Shown: positions 1-9,886 of the stretch, piece by piece | How positions within the stretch are numbered: position 1 is the stretch's first letter | Layout of the letters: the number at the start of each line of letters is the position of its first letter | Assembly (NCBI GenBank): GCA_038204165.1 | Contig: JBBRDG010000006.1 | Location: 1 to 58,252, forward strand | Length of the DNA: 58,252 bases | DNA from: Elusimicrobiales bacterium | GTDB taxonomy: Bacteria > Elusimicrobiota > Elusimicrobia > Elusimicrobiales > UBA9959 | Direction of reading: 5' to 3' | The notes under the pieces: generated by a model | Seen by the model: only the letters and a program-made list of their open reading frames with translations | The model's database searches: none | Told to the model about the DNA's origin: nothing | Translations under genes and position numbers: made by a program

Positions 1-257
1 TACTGCGCCGCGCCGCGCAAAGCCTCAAGCCGCTCGAGCGCCACCACCAGGTCCGCGCCGCCCTCCGGGACCAGCGGGGTGAGCGCGTCCCCGCCCAGCC
101 TTACATGCGAGGACACCACCCCGCCGCGCTGCGCCAGGCCGTGCGTGTCGCAGGCCCGCACCTGCAGCCCGGACCTTTGCGCCGCCTGCGCCAGCGCCAG
201 GGACAGCAGCCCTATGCCCTGCCCGCCTACGCCGCAGAGATAAATATTAAACGCCAT
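1..257 (-). CDS. iorB: Indolepyruvate/2-oxoacid ferredoxin oxidoreductase beta subunit (runs off window)
   Basis: Not in ORF track. Manual translation from ATG at 257 gives MAFNIYLCGVGGQGIGLLS...DTHGLAQRGGVVSSHVRLG...ADLVVALERLEALR (GVGGQG and G(M/L)AQRGG motifs). Overlaps the iorA stop. Confidence 0.9.
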   Translation of the reverse strand, partial: MAFNIYLCGVGGQGIGLLSLALAQAAQRSGLQVRACDTHGLAQRGGVVSSHVRLGGDALTPLVPEGGADLVVALERLEALRGAAQ

Positions 258-2136
258 CTTTCCCCCCTTCGGCCTTCTCACGGCCAATGGCCTGCTCGGG
301 GCAGGTCTGAATGCAGGAACCGTCGCCGATGCAAAGATCTTTGTTTACGGTAACCATGCCGTCGTCGTTACGAACAAAGGACGGACAAGCGAAGTCGGCG
401 GCGCAGACATACTGCCGCGTGCATTTGGACTGGTCCACCGCAACGTGTTGCGGCCTTAGCCCAGGGTTGGCCCTGCGCCGCTCCCTCATGAACTTGAGCA
501 TACAGGGGTGTCGGGCTATCACCACAGCGAAGCCCTTGTGCTCCAGGGCTTCTTTGATGAAACCGCCCAGCTTCGGCTGGTCGTAAGCGTCAGCCTCACG
601 CAGAAATTTTACGCCAAGGCCCTTTAGAATGTCGGGCAGGCTTAACCGTTCGCCTATTTCTCCGTTGCCGGGGCGCGGCTGGTGGCCGGTCATGGCGGTA
701 GTGCCGTTATCAAGCACAACCAGAGTTATATCGCTGTCCCGCGCGGCCGCGTTCACCAGCCCGGGCATCCCCGCGTGGAAGAAGGTGGAATCCCCCACGA
801 AAGCAAGCACCTTACGGCTCTGGTTATTCAGCGCCAGGCCGGAAGCGGTGGAAACCGAATGCCCCATAGAGAACACCACCTGGCCCATGCTGTACGGCGG
901 GAACAGGCCCAGCGTGTGGCAGCCGATATCCCCAACAGTTATGGTCCCCGGCGGCAGGGCTTTCTTAATGGCGTGGAAAGCGGAGCGGTGGCCGCAGCCG
1001 GGGCACATTTGCGCCTGGCGCTGTGCGGGAGCCGGGTGAACTGTCCTTTCCGGGGCCGGCAGCAGGCCCGGCCACGCGTCTTCCAGCGCGGCGCGCGCCC
1101 GTTCGGGGGTCATCTCGCCCATCAGCCCGGCGTTGCCGCGCCTGGAGCGCACCTTGCAAACCAGACCCTTATCGTAAGCCAGGGCTTTTATCTCCGTCTC
1201 CATTACGCGGTCGAGTTCCTCCAGCACGAACACCTCTTCGTGAGCGGCCAGGAATTCGGCCACGGGCTTTTCCGGCAGCGGGTAGGTGAGGCCGAGCTTG
1301 AGCACGTCCACCGGCGCTCCGGCGTTGCGGATCGCTTCGAGCAGGCAGAGGGCGGGCAGGCCGCTGGCTATGGCGCCGAGTTTTTTAGGGCCTTCGCCGG
1401 GGGCGGGATACTGGGCGTTAAGCGGGCTCCTGTCCCCGTACTCGGCCCAGGCGTCCAGTTTTTCGAGCGCGCGTTTTTTAAGCGGGAAGACCGCTGCAGT
1501 TATGGGAATATACGGCCCGTTCGCCACGTCGAAGCGGGGCGCCCAGTCCGGCGCGGTTTCAGGCAGCCCGCCGAAATTAACGTTCTCCCTGGCGTGGCAG
1601 ACATGCGTGGTAAGGCGAAGAATAACCGGGGCGCGGCGCTCGCGGGCCAGCGCGGCGGCCTCCTTGTACATAACGTAAACTTCCGCCGGCGAAGCCGGTT
1701 CGAACACGGGCAGGTAAGCCAGGCGCGCGAACCAGCGGTTGTCCTGCTCGTTCTGCGAAGAGTTGGCGCCGGGGTCGTCGCCCAGAATTATTACCATGCC
1801 GCCGAGAAGTTCCATCAGGCAAAGCTGCACCAGGGAGTCGGAAGCCACGTTAAGCCCTACGGATTTAAAGAAAACGGCGGAGGGATGCCCGTTAAGGGAG
1901 GCTCCGGCCGCTATCTCCAGAGCCACCTTTTCGTTGACGGAGAATTCGAAGTAATACCGGCGATCCTTTTCCGGAGGGGCAGTAAGCGCTTCGGCTATTT
2001 CCGGCGTGGGGGAACCTGGATAGCTGGTGATCACGGCGGTACCGGCCTCGGCCATCGCGCGGGCCAGCGCGTGGTTTCCCATAACCAGGGCGCTGAACCC
2101 TTCTTTCCTGTTCATAAGTTCCGTCAGTGCAAGCAT
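247..2136 (-). CDS. iorA: Indolepyruvate ferredoxin oxidoreductase alpha subunit
   Basis: GNHALARA, YPGSPTPEI, NEKVALE, SSQNEQDNR, CPGCGHR, GDIGC, TPP motif GDSTFFH...LDN, and C-terminal ferredoxin cysteines. Confidence 0.93.
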   Translation of the reverse strand: MLALTELMNRKEGFSALVMGNHALARAMAEAGTAVITSYPGSPTPEIAEALTAPPEKDRRYYFEFSVNEKVALEIAAGASLNGHPSAVFFKSVGLNVASDSLVQLCLMELLGGMVIILGDDPGANSSQNEQDNRWFARLAYLPVFEPASPAEVYVMYKEAAALARERRAPVILRLTTHVCHARENVNFGGLPETAPDWAPRFDVANGPYIPITAAVFPLKKRALEKLDAWAEYGDRSPLNAQYPAPGEGPKKLGAIASGLPALCLLEAIRNAGAPVDVLKLGLTYPLPEKPVAEFLAAHEEVFVLEELDRVMETEIKALAYDKGLVCKVRSRRGNAGLMGEMTPERARAALEDAWPGLLPAPERTVHPAPAQRQAQMCPGCGHRSAFHAIKKALPPGTITVGDIGCHTLGLFPPYSMGQVVFSMGHSVSTASGLALNNQSRKVLAFVGDSTFFHAGMPGLVNAAARDSDITLVVLDNGTTAMTGHQPRPGNGEIGERLSLPDILKGLGVKFLREADAYDQPKLGGFIKEALEHKGFAVVIARHPCMLKFMRERRRANPGLRPQHVAVDQSKCTRQYVCAADFACPSFVRNDDGMVTVNKDLCIGDGSCIQTCPEQAIGREKAEGGKDGV

Positions 2137-2203
2137 TTATAGCTCCTGTTATACCCGGGCACAGAAATGAGTTTACCTATTGGTTTCCCGCAGCGCAAGT
2201 CCT

Positions 2204-2232
2204 AAAAAAAACGGCCCCTAGAGGAGGCCGTT
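2204..2232 (-). terminator. Intrinsic terminator after the PLD gene
   Basis: AACGGCC..GGCCGTT hairpin followed by a T-run on the minus strand. Confidence 0.6.
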
Positions 2233-2254
2233 CTTAAACTTTCAAGCGAAGTTT

Positions 2255-3457
2255 TTAGTTGCGCTTAACCGGCTGGTATTGCTTAAGCGGGTCTATCGGC
2301 AGCACATAGGGCCCCGTCCACGCGCGGTAGAAGATATCCTCCAGCACGTCGGCGGCCGGCGCTCCTTTTAGCATGACGGCGGCGCCGCGAGTGGTAAGGA
2401 AGTAGCCGGGGCCCCAGTTGGAAGTGGTCACAAAACCGGCCGCGCCGTCCGCCACCAGATACTTGAGGTGCTCCACGCGTGAGAAAGGTATTAACCCCCT
2501 GCTGTGCTGCGGCAGCGCGGAGATCTTTACTGTGATATTCTCCGTGCCGGACAGCGCTTTGATATCCCTGTCGGCTTTGCCGCCCATAGCCCAGTCGGCA
2601 AAGACCAATTCCACTTTTACGCCTCGGGCTGCGGCTTTTCTGAAGGCGGAGTCGAGCTCGGCCCAGCGCTTGGAGCCGTGCTCCTCCAGCGAGTAGGTCA
2701 TCACCTGGCCGCGCACGGTCTTCTTGGCCGCGGCGATCAGCTTTATCATTTCAGTTATTTCGGTATCCAGCCCGGCGGGAATTGCGCCCTTGGGGCCGAA
2801 GGCCAGGCTGTAGGTCACTTCATTACCGCCCAACATCGCCTTCTCCGGCTTGGCCGCGCTGACCAGCGCTTTGCCTTTTTTAGCCAGGATCTTTTTGGGA
2901 TCGGCGCCGCCCGCTATGGCCCAGTCGGCCTCGAACACCCGGCCGAAGTCGGCCGCGGCCAGCGGGCTCTTTATCCGCAAACCCAGTTCGTGGATCTGCG
3001 TGAGCGAGCGCCAGTCGAAATTTTGGCTGCCCATGTAAACCTCTTTGTCGTCCACGATAAAGAACTTGGCGTGCTGTATCCCGCCGCCTACCGGCTTAAA
3101 GTTTATTACGCGGGCGTCAACGCCGGCTTCCTTAAGCGCGGGCAGGGTCTTCTTGGTTTCGGTCATCATAGCCGAATCCACTAGCAGGCGCACTTTCACG
3201 CCGCGCTTAACCGCGGCCTTAACCGCAGCCAGCACCGGCTCCAGGGCCTCGCCGGCCTGGTCGGCTATATAGAACTGCTCAAAGTCCAGTGTTTTGGAAG
3301 AAGTCCCTATCATATCCAGCCACACGGCCTGCGGGCGCAAGGTGTAAGTGGAACCGTAAACCGTTTCCTCCGGCACGCTCTCTACGAACTGCAACTCAGC
3401 CGCGCGCAGCGGCAGCGCCGCGAACAGCAGCGCCAGCAATATCTGTATTTTTTTCAT
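2255..3457 (-). CDS. Secreted phospholipase D-superfamily protein (two HKD motifs)
   Basis: True start is probably MKKIQILLALL (signal peptide, GGAG RBS). Motifs HAKFFIVD...GSQN and HLKYLVAD...TSNW. Confidence 0.85.
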   Translation of the reverse strand: MKKIQILLALLFAALPLRAAELQFVESVPEETVYGSTYTLRPQAVWLDMIGTSSKTLDFEQFYIADQAGEALEPVLAAVKAAVKRGVKVRLLVDSAMMTETKKTLPALKEAGVDARVINFKPVGGGIQHAKFFIVDDKEVYMGSQNFDWRSLTQIHELGLRIKSPLAAADFGRVFEADWAIAGGADPKKILAKKGKALVSAAKPEKAMLGGNEVTYSLAFGPKGAIPAGLDTEITEMIKLIAAAKKTVRGQVMTYSLEEHGSKRWAELDSAFRKAAARGVKVELVFADWAMGGKADRDIKALSGTENITVKISALPQHSRGLIPFSRVEHLKYLVADGAAGFVTTSNWGPGYFLTTRGAAVMLKGAPAADVLEDIFYRAWTGPYVLPIDPLKQYQPVKRN

Positions 3458-3483
3458 ATTCTTCTCCCCTTGTTTCTGATCAT

Positions 3484-4383
3484 CTAGACCGGCAGCACTT
3501 CCGTCTTTATCGCTTTTTTGAAATTTATCTTCGCAAGCTCGCCTATCAGCATGCCGGAAACTATCAGCAGGCCGCCAGCGGCTTTTATAGCCACGAACTG
3601 TTCCCCGCCCAGCGTCCAGGCGAACAAAGCCGCGAATACCGGCTCCAGCGTAAAAATTATACCTACTTTGAAGGGCTCGGAATGCCGCTGCGCCAGCATC
3701 TGAATAAAAAAAGCGGTCAGCGTGGGAAAAACGGCCAGGAACAGGATAACGCCCCACCCGCTGAGGCTGGCCACGGCGAAAGAGGACCCGCGGAATAACG
3801 CTATGGCGAAGGCGATGGCCGAGACCATCCAGAACTGGTGGAAGACCAGCAGCACGGCGTCGGCTTCGGCCTTCACGTATTTGTCGGTGACTATAAGATG
3901 CACGGCGTAGGCAGCCGCGGCTACCAGCGTGAGCGCGTCCCCCACGTTAAAGCCGCTAAGGCCCCCGGTTAGCAGCCACATGCCGGCTATGGCCAGCGCC
4001 GCGGAGATCCCCTGCAGCCTGGTGGGTTTTTCCCGCCGGAACAGGAACATGAAGACCGGGATGAAGATAATGAACAGCCCGGTGATGAAGCCGGAGTTGG
4101 AGGCCGTGGTATAAAGCAGGCCGGTGGTCTGGGTCAGGTAAAGCGTGGAAAGGAAGAGCGAGAGGAAGAAGCCCTCGCGCATGTGGGCGGTCTTAACTTT
4201 GCGCTTGAGCACCCAGGGAAGCAGCAGCGCCGCGGAAATTACGAACCGGATCCCCACCATCACCACGGGATCCACCGAAGCCAGCGCGCCCTTGGTAACT
4301 ATAAAGGTAGATCCCCAAATAGCCGCGCAATAGACCAAGCCCAGGTCCGACAAGGTTTTAGCGCGGGCAGACAGCTTGTTCAT
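3484..4383 (-). CDS. DMT/EamA family transporter
   Basis: About 10 TM helices; IWGSTF, SGFITGL and LEPVFAALF motifs. Start moved to MNKLS, which lies 7 nt after a TATAAT. Confidence 0.88.
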   Translation of the reverse strand: MNKLSARAKTLSDLGLVYCAAIWGSTFIVTKGALASVDPVVMVGIRFVISAALLLPWVLKRKVKTAHMREGFFLSLFLSTLYLTQTTGLLYTTASNSGFITGLFIIFIPVFMFLFRREKPTRLQGISAALAIAGMWLLTGGLSGFNVGDALTLVAAAAYAVHLIVTDKYVKAEADAVLLVFHQFWMVSAIAFAIALFRGSSFAVASLSGWGVILFLAVFPTLTAFFIQMLAQRHSEPFKVGIIFTLEPVFAALFAWTLGGEQFVAIKAAGGLLIVSGMLIGELAKINFKKAIKTEVLPV

Positions 4384-4563
4384 TAAAGGAATTATACAAA
4401 TATCATTGATTAGGCTACCGCGCACAGGCAGTATGACATTCGTCAAGGTGCAAAAAGATTTTTTTTATGAGAAAATATAGACATAGCTCGTTTGGCCGGC
4501 CAGCCCGGCCGGAATACTCGGGCTAAGCCGTTTTAAATAAGACTGTATATAAGGAGCGTAAAC

Positions 4564-6498
4564 ATGAAACAGAACATCGTTGAGAAGATCCTTACAGCCC
4601 ACCTCAAAGAAGGCGAATACATTAAAGGCAATGAGATCGGCATCCGCATAGACCAGACCCTCACCCAGGACGCCACCGGCACTATGGCTTATCTGCAGTT
4701 CGAAGCCATGGGCCTTAAAGAAATTAAAACAGATCTTTCCGTTTCTTACGTGGACCACAACACCGTGCAGGTCGGCTTCGAAAACGCCGACGACCATAAA
4801 TACCTCCAGACCGTGGCCGCCAAGTACGGCGTGGTATATTCCCGTCCCGGCAACGGCATCTGCCACCAGGTGCACCTGGAGCGCTTCGGTAAACCCGGCA
4901 CCACGCTGCTCGGCTCCGATTCCCACACCCCCACCGGCGGCGGCATAGGCCAGATCGCCATAGGCGCGGGCGGCCTGGACGTGGCCGTGGCCATGGGTGG
5001 CGGCCTGTTCTACACGGCAGCCCCCAAGGTTTACCAGGTTAACCTCACCGGCGAACTGAAGCCGTGGGTCACCGCCAAAGACATCGTTCTTAAAATGCTC
5101 GAGCTGCTTTCCGTAAAAGGCAATGTGGGCGTTATGCTGGAATACGCCGGCAAGGGCGTAAAGACCCTCTCCGTGCCGCAGCGCGCCACCATAGCCAACA
5201 TGGGCGCCGAGATGGGCGTGACCTGCTCCGTGTTCCCCTCCGACAGCGTAACCAAAAAATTCATGAAAGCCCAGGGCCGCGAGGCCGACTGGACCGAACT
5301 GAAGGCCGACCGCGGCGCCAAGTACGACCGCATCATAGACCTGGACCTCGGCACCGTAGAGCCTATGGCGGCCTGCCCCCACAGCCCCGGCATTGTGAAG
5401 AAGATCTCCGAGCTGGAAGGCCAGAGCGTGGATCAGGTCTGCATCGGCTCCTGCACCAACTCTTCCTACCGCGACATGATGACCGTGGCCGAAATAGTTA
5501 AAGGCCGCAAAGTGGCCAACACCGTAAGCCTGGGCGTAGCGCCCGGTTCCCGCCAGGTTATGCAGATGATGTCCCGTAAAGGCGGCATTACCAGCCTGCT
5601 CGACGCCGGCGCCCGCATTCTGGAAAGCGCCTGCGGCTTCTGCATAGGCAACCACTTCTCCCCCAAGAGCGGCGGCGTTAGCCTGCGCACTTCCAACCGC
5701 AACTTTGAAGCCCGCAGCGGCACCAAGGACGCGCAGGTTTACCTGGTGAGCCCCGAGGTGGCCGCGGTGGCCGCCCTTACCGGCAAGTTCACCGACCCCC
5801 GCAAGGCCGGCATACCGTTCCCCGCCGTAAAAGAGCCCGCCGCCTTCCTGGTGGACGACTCCATGTTCATAAAGCCGACGCCTGAACTTAAGAGCACCGC
5901 GGTATTCCGCGGCCCGAACATTGGCGAACCCCCGGCGAACGGCAAGATGCCGGAAACCCTGAACGGCGCGGTAATGATAGTGGTGGGCGACAAGATCACC
6001 ACCGACCACATTATGCCCGCCGGCGCCAGGCTGAAGTACCGCTCCAACGTGCCGGCTTACGCCAAGTACGTGTTCGAGAACGTGGACCCCACCTTCTACC
6101 AGCGCTGCATGGACAGCAAAGCCGCGGGCAACCACAACGTAATTGTGGCCGGCGACTCCTACGGCCAGGGCTCCAGCCGCGAGCACGCCGCCATGTGCCC
6201 CATGTACTTGGGCGTAAAAGCGGTGGTGGCCAAGTCGTTTGAGCGCATCCACGCCGCCAACCTGCTGAACTTCGGCATAGCACCCCTTACCTTCAAGAAC
6301 CCCGCGGATTACGCCACTATTCAGGCCGGCGACAAGCTGACCTGCGGCGACTGGCGCGCCGCGGCCGCTGAAGGCAAACCGGTTCTGCTCAAGAACGAGC
6401 GCACCGGAGCTGTTATAGAATGCGTCTGCGCCCTTTCCGGGCGCCAGAGGGCCATCCTTACTGCGGGCGGCCTGCTTAACCACACCACGGGAAAATAA
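4564..6498 (+). CDS. Aconitate hydratase (short ~640-aa type)
   Basis: QDATGT, DHN, GICHQVHLE, DSHT, GSCTN, CGFCIG, SNRNF, TTDHI and GSSREHAA motifs. Confidence 0.93.
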   Translation: MKQNIVEKILTAHLKEGEYIKGNEIGIRIDQTLTQDATGTMAYLQFEAMGLKEIKTDLSVSYVDHNTVQVGFENADDHKYLQTVAAKYGVVYSRPGNGICHQVHLERFGKPGTTLLGSDSHTPTGGGIGQIAIGAGGLDVAVAMGGGLFYTAAPKVYQVNLTGELKPWVTAKDIVLKMLELLSVKGNVGVMLEYAGKGVKTLSVPQRATIANMGAEMGVTCSVFPSDSVTKKFMKAQGREADWTELKADRGAKYDRIIDLDLGTVEPMAACPHSPGIVKKISELEGQSVDQVCIGSCTNSSYRDMMTVAEIVKGRKVANTVSLGVAPGSRQVMQMMSRKGGITSLLDAGARILESACGFCIGNHFSPKSGGVSLRTSNRNFEARSGTKDAQVYLVSPEVAAVAALTGKFTDPRKAGIPFPAVKEPAAFLVDDSMFIKPTPELKSTAVFRGPNIGEPPANGKMPETLNGAVMIVVGDKITTDHIMPAGARLKYRSNVPAYAKYVFENVDPTFYQRCMDSKAAGNHNVIVAGDSYGQGSSREHAAMCPMYLGVKAVVAKSFERIHAANLLNFGIAPLTFKNPADYATIQAGDKLTCGDWRAAAAEGKPVLLKNERTGAVIECVCALSGRQRAILTAGGLLNHTTGK

Positions 6499-6512
6499 CA
6501 AGGACAAAAACT

Positions 6513-7781
6513 ATGGCACAACGCGGAATAAGAGAATACGAAGGTAAAAAGATACTTTTCGACGGGCTGGCCAAGTACATGCCCGTCTTCAAGGGCAAGT
6601 CGGAGAAGCTGGCGCTGGTGCTCCCCGGCACCGACCCCAAGAAGCTGGTTAAGGACCACCCCTGGCTGCTCAAAGAGAAACTGGTGGCCAAGCCTGACCA
6701 GCTGTTCGGCAAGCGCGGCAAGCACGGCCTGCTGTGCCTGAACAAGGACTTTAAAGAAACCTGGGCCTGGATAGCCGAGCGCATGAACAAGACCGTTACT
6801 GTCGGTAAGACCACCGGCGAGCTGAACGTGTTCATGATAGAGCCGTTCACGCCGCACTCCGAAGACGCGGACGAATGTTACGTGGCCATTAAGGCCTTTC
6901 GCGACCACGACACGGTGTACCTTTCCGAAAAAGGCGGCATCTACGTGGAAGAGAACTGGAACAAGGTTAAAGAGACCAATGTGCCCATCCTCTCTTCCAT
7001 CGAAGATATAAAGCTGAACATGCCCGAAGTGGGCAAGCGCAAAGCGCAGATCGAGGAATTCGTAAAGGCCCTCTACAAGGTTTACGCCGAGGGACACTTT
7101 ACTTATCTCGAAATTAATCCGTTCACCTTCTCCGGCGAGAACATTGTGCCGCTGGACCTGGTAGCCCGTGTTGATGACACCGCGGCGTTCGAATGCGCCA
7201 AGGTCTGGGGCGACCTGGAATTCCCCTCCTCCTTCGGCCAGAAGCACACCAAGGAAGAGGATTTCATCAGGAGCCTCGACGAGAAAACCGGCGCCAGCCT
7301 TAAGCTGACCATCCTTAATCCCAAGGGCCGCATCTGGAACATGGTGGCCGGCGGCGGCGCTTCCGTGATTTACGCGGACACCGTTTGCGACCTGGGCTTC
7401 TCCAAGGAACTGGCTAACTACGGCGAGTACTCCGGCGACCCCTCGGCCGAGGACACCTACCAGTACGCCAAAACCGTGCTGGACCTGATGACCCGCGAGA
7501 AGCACGCCAAGGGCAAGGTGCTCATTATAGGCGGCGGCATAGCCAACTTCACCGACGTTGCCAAGACTTTTAAGGGCATCATTAAGGCGCTTACCGAGTT
7601 TAAGGCCAAGCTGATCGCCAACAAGGTTAAGATCTACGTGCGGCGCGGCGGCCCCAACTACAAGGAAGGGCTTGAGAATATGCGCAAGCTCGGAACCACG
7701 CTCGGCGTGCCTATAGAAGTTTACGGCCCCGAGACCCACATGACTTCCGTAGTTTCCATGGCCCTGGAGGTAAAGAAATAA
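6513..7781 (+). CDS. aclB: ATP citrate lyase, ATP-grasp (beta) subunit
   Basis: IREY, KPDQLFGKRGK, LEINP, ASLKLTILNPKGRIW, AGGGASVIYAD, LANYGEYSG, GGIANFT and VRRGGPNY. Confidence 0.93.
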   Translation: MAQRGIREYEGKKILFDGLAKYMPVFKGKSEKLALVLPGTDPKKLVKDHPWLLKEKLVAKPDQLFGKRGKHGLLCLNKDFKETWAWIAERMNKTVTVGKTTGELNVFMIEPFTPHSEDADECYVAIKAFRDHDTVYLSEKGGIYVEENWNKVKETNVPILSSIEDIKLNMPEVGKRKAQIEEFVKALYKVYAEGHFTYLEINPFTFSGENIVPLDLVARVDDTAAFECAKVWGDLEFPSSFGQKHTKEEDFIRSLDEKTGASLKLTILNPKGRIWNMVAGGGASVIYADTVCDLGFSKELANYGEYSGDPSAEDTYQYAKTVLDLMTREKHAKGKVLIIGGGIANFTDVAKTFKGIIKALTEFKAKLIANKVKIYVRRGGPNYKEGLENMRKLGTTLGVPIEVYGPETHMTSVVSMALEVKK

Positions 7782-9610
7782 TGAAACCGGAACTTTTCAC
7801 CAAAGATACTACCGCTATTGTTTACGGTTACCAGACCAACGCTATTCAGCGCATGCTGGACTTCGACTACGCCTGCGGGCGCAAAGTCCCGTCCGTGGCG
7901 GCCATAGTTGACCCGGGCCGCGACGGCGTGCACAAGGTGTTCTACGGCAAGGGCGAAATTCTGCTGCCTATTTACCGCACGCTGGAAGCGGCGGCAAAGA
8001 AACACCCCAAGGCCGACGTGGTTATCAACTTCGCTTCGTTCAGGAGTTCCTTCACTTCCAGCATGGAAGCGCTGAACCACCCGAACATCCGCACCGTGGC
8101 CGTTATAGCGGAAGGCATTCCCGAGCGCCGCGCGCGCATTCTGGCGGCTACCGCCAAGAAACTGGACAAGATGGTAATAGGGCCGGCCACCGTGGGCGGC
8201 ATTAAGGCGGGCTGCTTTAAAATAGCCAACACCGCCGGCACTTACGAGAATATAGTTGAATCGAAATTGCACCGGCCCGGCTCCGTGGGCTTTGTGTCCA
8301 AGTCGGGCGGGCTTTCGAACGAGTGCTACAACATCATAGCGCGCAACTCGGACGGGCTGTACGAGGGTATAGCGATAGGCGGCGACGCCTACCCCGGCTC
8401 GACGCTGCTGGAACACATCCTGCGCTACGAGGCTATTCCTACCGTTAAAATGATAGTGGCGCTGGGCGAGATTGGCGGCACGGAGGAGCTCCGCATTGTG
8501 GACGCGCTGAAGGCCAAAAAGATCACCAAGCCACTGGTTATCTGGGTGACGGGCACCTGCTCTTCTATGTTCCCGGCTGGCGTGCAGTTTGGCCACGCGG
8601 GCGCCAAGGCGGACTCCGCGCTGGAGACGGCCGAGGCCAAGAACAAGGCGCTGAAGGAAGCGGGCGCGCTGGTGCCGGCTTCTTTCGACGACTACGGCAT
8701 TCTTATCAAGAAGACTTACGAAGCGCTTGTGAAGAAGGGGACCATTAAGCCGGCGGCGGAAGTTATTGCCCCCGCGCTGCCCATGGACTTTGCGCAGGCT
8801 CTTAAGGAAGGGAAGATCCGCAAGGCTACTACTTTCATCTCGACCATTTCGAACGAGAAGAAAGAGGAGCTGGAATACTGCAATATTCCAATCTCCAAGG
8901 TGCTGGACAGCGGCATGGGGATAGGCGGCGTGCTGGGCCTGCTCTGGTTCAAGCGCGACCTGCCGGACTACGGCCGCAAGTTTCTGGAGACGGCGGTTAT
9001 GCTGGTGGCGGACCACGGGCCGGCGGTTAGCGGCGCGCACAACGCTATTGTGGCGGCGCGCGCGGGCAAGGATATTATCTCCTGCCTGGCTTCGGGTATT
9101 CTTACTATCGGGCCGCGCTTCGGCGGGGCTATCGACGGGGCGGCGCAGAACTTTAAGGCCGCGTTCGACGCGGGGCTTACGCCCGCGCAGTTCGTGAAAG
9201 AGATGAAGGCGAAGGGCAAGAATATCCCCGGCATCGGGCACAAGGTGAAGAGCATCACCAACCCCGACATGCGCGTTACGCAGCTTAAGGCGTTCTGCAA
9301 GAAGAACTTTAAGAATACCCAGCTCCTGGACTACGCGCTGGAGGTTGAGCAGATAACTTCTTCCAAGAAGGGCAACCTGATCCTGAACGTGGACGGCTGT
9401 ATCGGCATCTGCTTTGTGGACATGCTGGCAAGCACTGGCGCTTTCTCTAAGGAAGAGATCGGCGACATTGTGGGCATGGGCTGCCTAAACGCGCTGTTCG
9501 TGGTGGGCCGCTCCATCGGCATCTTCGGCCACGTCTTCGACCAGAAGCGCCTGAAGCAGCCCCTGTACCGCACCCCCTACGACGAGATAGCCTACATGAC
9601 GGACCTGTAA
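7781..9610 (+). CDS. aclA: ATP citrate lyase alpha subunit
   Basis: QRMLDFDY, NFASFRS, IGPATVGG, SKSGG, phospho-His motif FGHAGA, and citrate-synthase-like C-domain (ADHGPAVSG, GIGH, LNVDG). Confidence 0.94.
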   Translation: MKPELFTKDTTAIVYGYQTNAIQRMLDFDYACGRKVPSVAAIVDPGRDGVHKVFYGKGEILLPIYRTLEAAAKKHPKADVVINFASFRSSFTSSMEALNHPNIRTVAVIAEGIPERRARILAATAKKLDKMVIGPATVGGIKAGCFKIANTAGTYENIVESKLHRPGSVGFVSKSGGLSNECYNIIARNSDGLYEGIAIGGDAYPGSTLLEHILRYEAIPTVKMIVALGEIGGTEELRIVDALKAKKITKPLVIWVTGTCSSMFPAGVQFGHAGAKADSALETAEAKNKALKEAGALVPASFDDYGILIKKTYEALVKKGTIKPAAEVIAPALPMDFAQALKEGKIRKATTFISTISNEKKEELEYCNIPISKVLDSGMGIGGVLGLLWFKRDLPDYGRKFLETAVMLVADHGPAVSGAHNAIVAARAGKDIISCLASGILTIGPRFGGAIDGAAQNFKAAFDAGLTPAQFVKEMKAKGKNIPGIGHKVKSITNPDMRVTQLKAFCKKNFKNTQLLDYALEVEQITSSKKGNLILNVDGCIGICFVDMLASTGAFSKEEIGDIVGMGCLNALFVVGRSIGIFGHVFDQKRLKQPLYRTPYDEIAYMTDL

Positions 9611-9629
9611 AGGCCCCTCGTCTCAACCA

Positions 9630-9663
9630 AAAGAACCCCGGGCCTCCCCGGGGTTCTTTATTT
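9630..9663. terminator. Intrinsic terminator, probably bidirectional
   Basis: AAAGAACCCCGGG-cctc-CCCGGGGTTCTTT. Confidence 0.8.
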
Positions 9664-9687
9664 GTTATGTGGAATGCAGAACCTATT

Positions 9688-9886
9688 CATGCGGGACCGC
9701 AGGATAGCCAAGTCGGGGTCAGCCGCTGGGACCGGAACGCAAAACCGGCGTCTCGCACACCGTGCTCGCGCCTGCTTCACTCGGTCCTCGCTCTTACGTA
9801 AGCTCGGGCCTGCGCGAGGCTTTTGCTAACCCGGCCCCAGCGTCCTCCCCCTCCACTACGAGCTCCGAATCCGCCAGTCCACCATG
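9688..9886 (-). other. ~200-nt nested hairpin element (candidate ncRNA or MITE)
   Basis: Nested minus-strand stems GTGGGAC/GTCCCGC, CTGGGGCCGG/CCGGTCCCAG, GCAAAA/TTTTGC and CTCGCGCA/TGTGCGAG, plus apical palindrome CTTACGTAAG. Confidence 0.55.

Noticed and set aside
682-9241. Long antisense ORFs (682-2142, 4465-6507, 6321-7739, 7721-9241) and similar ones elsewhere in the window
   Set aside because: Shadow frames of GC-rich genes that have clear family motifs on the opposite strand
9765-9815. CAGG...AAGCAG on the minus strand, reminiscent of SRP RNA helix 8
   Set aside because: The two motifs are ~30 nt apart instead of closing a short GNRA-capped stem
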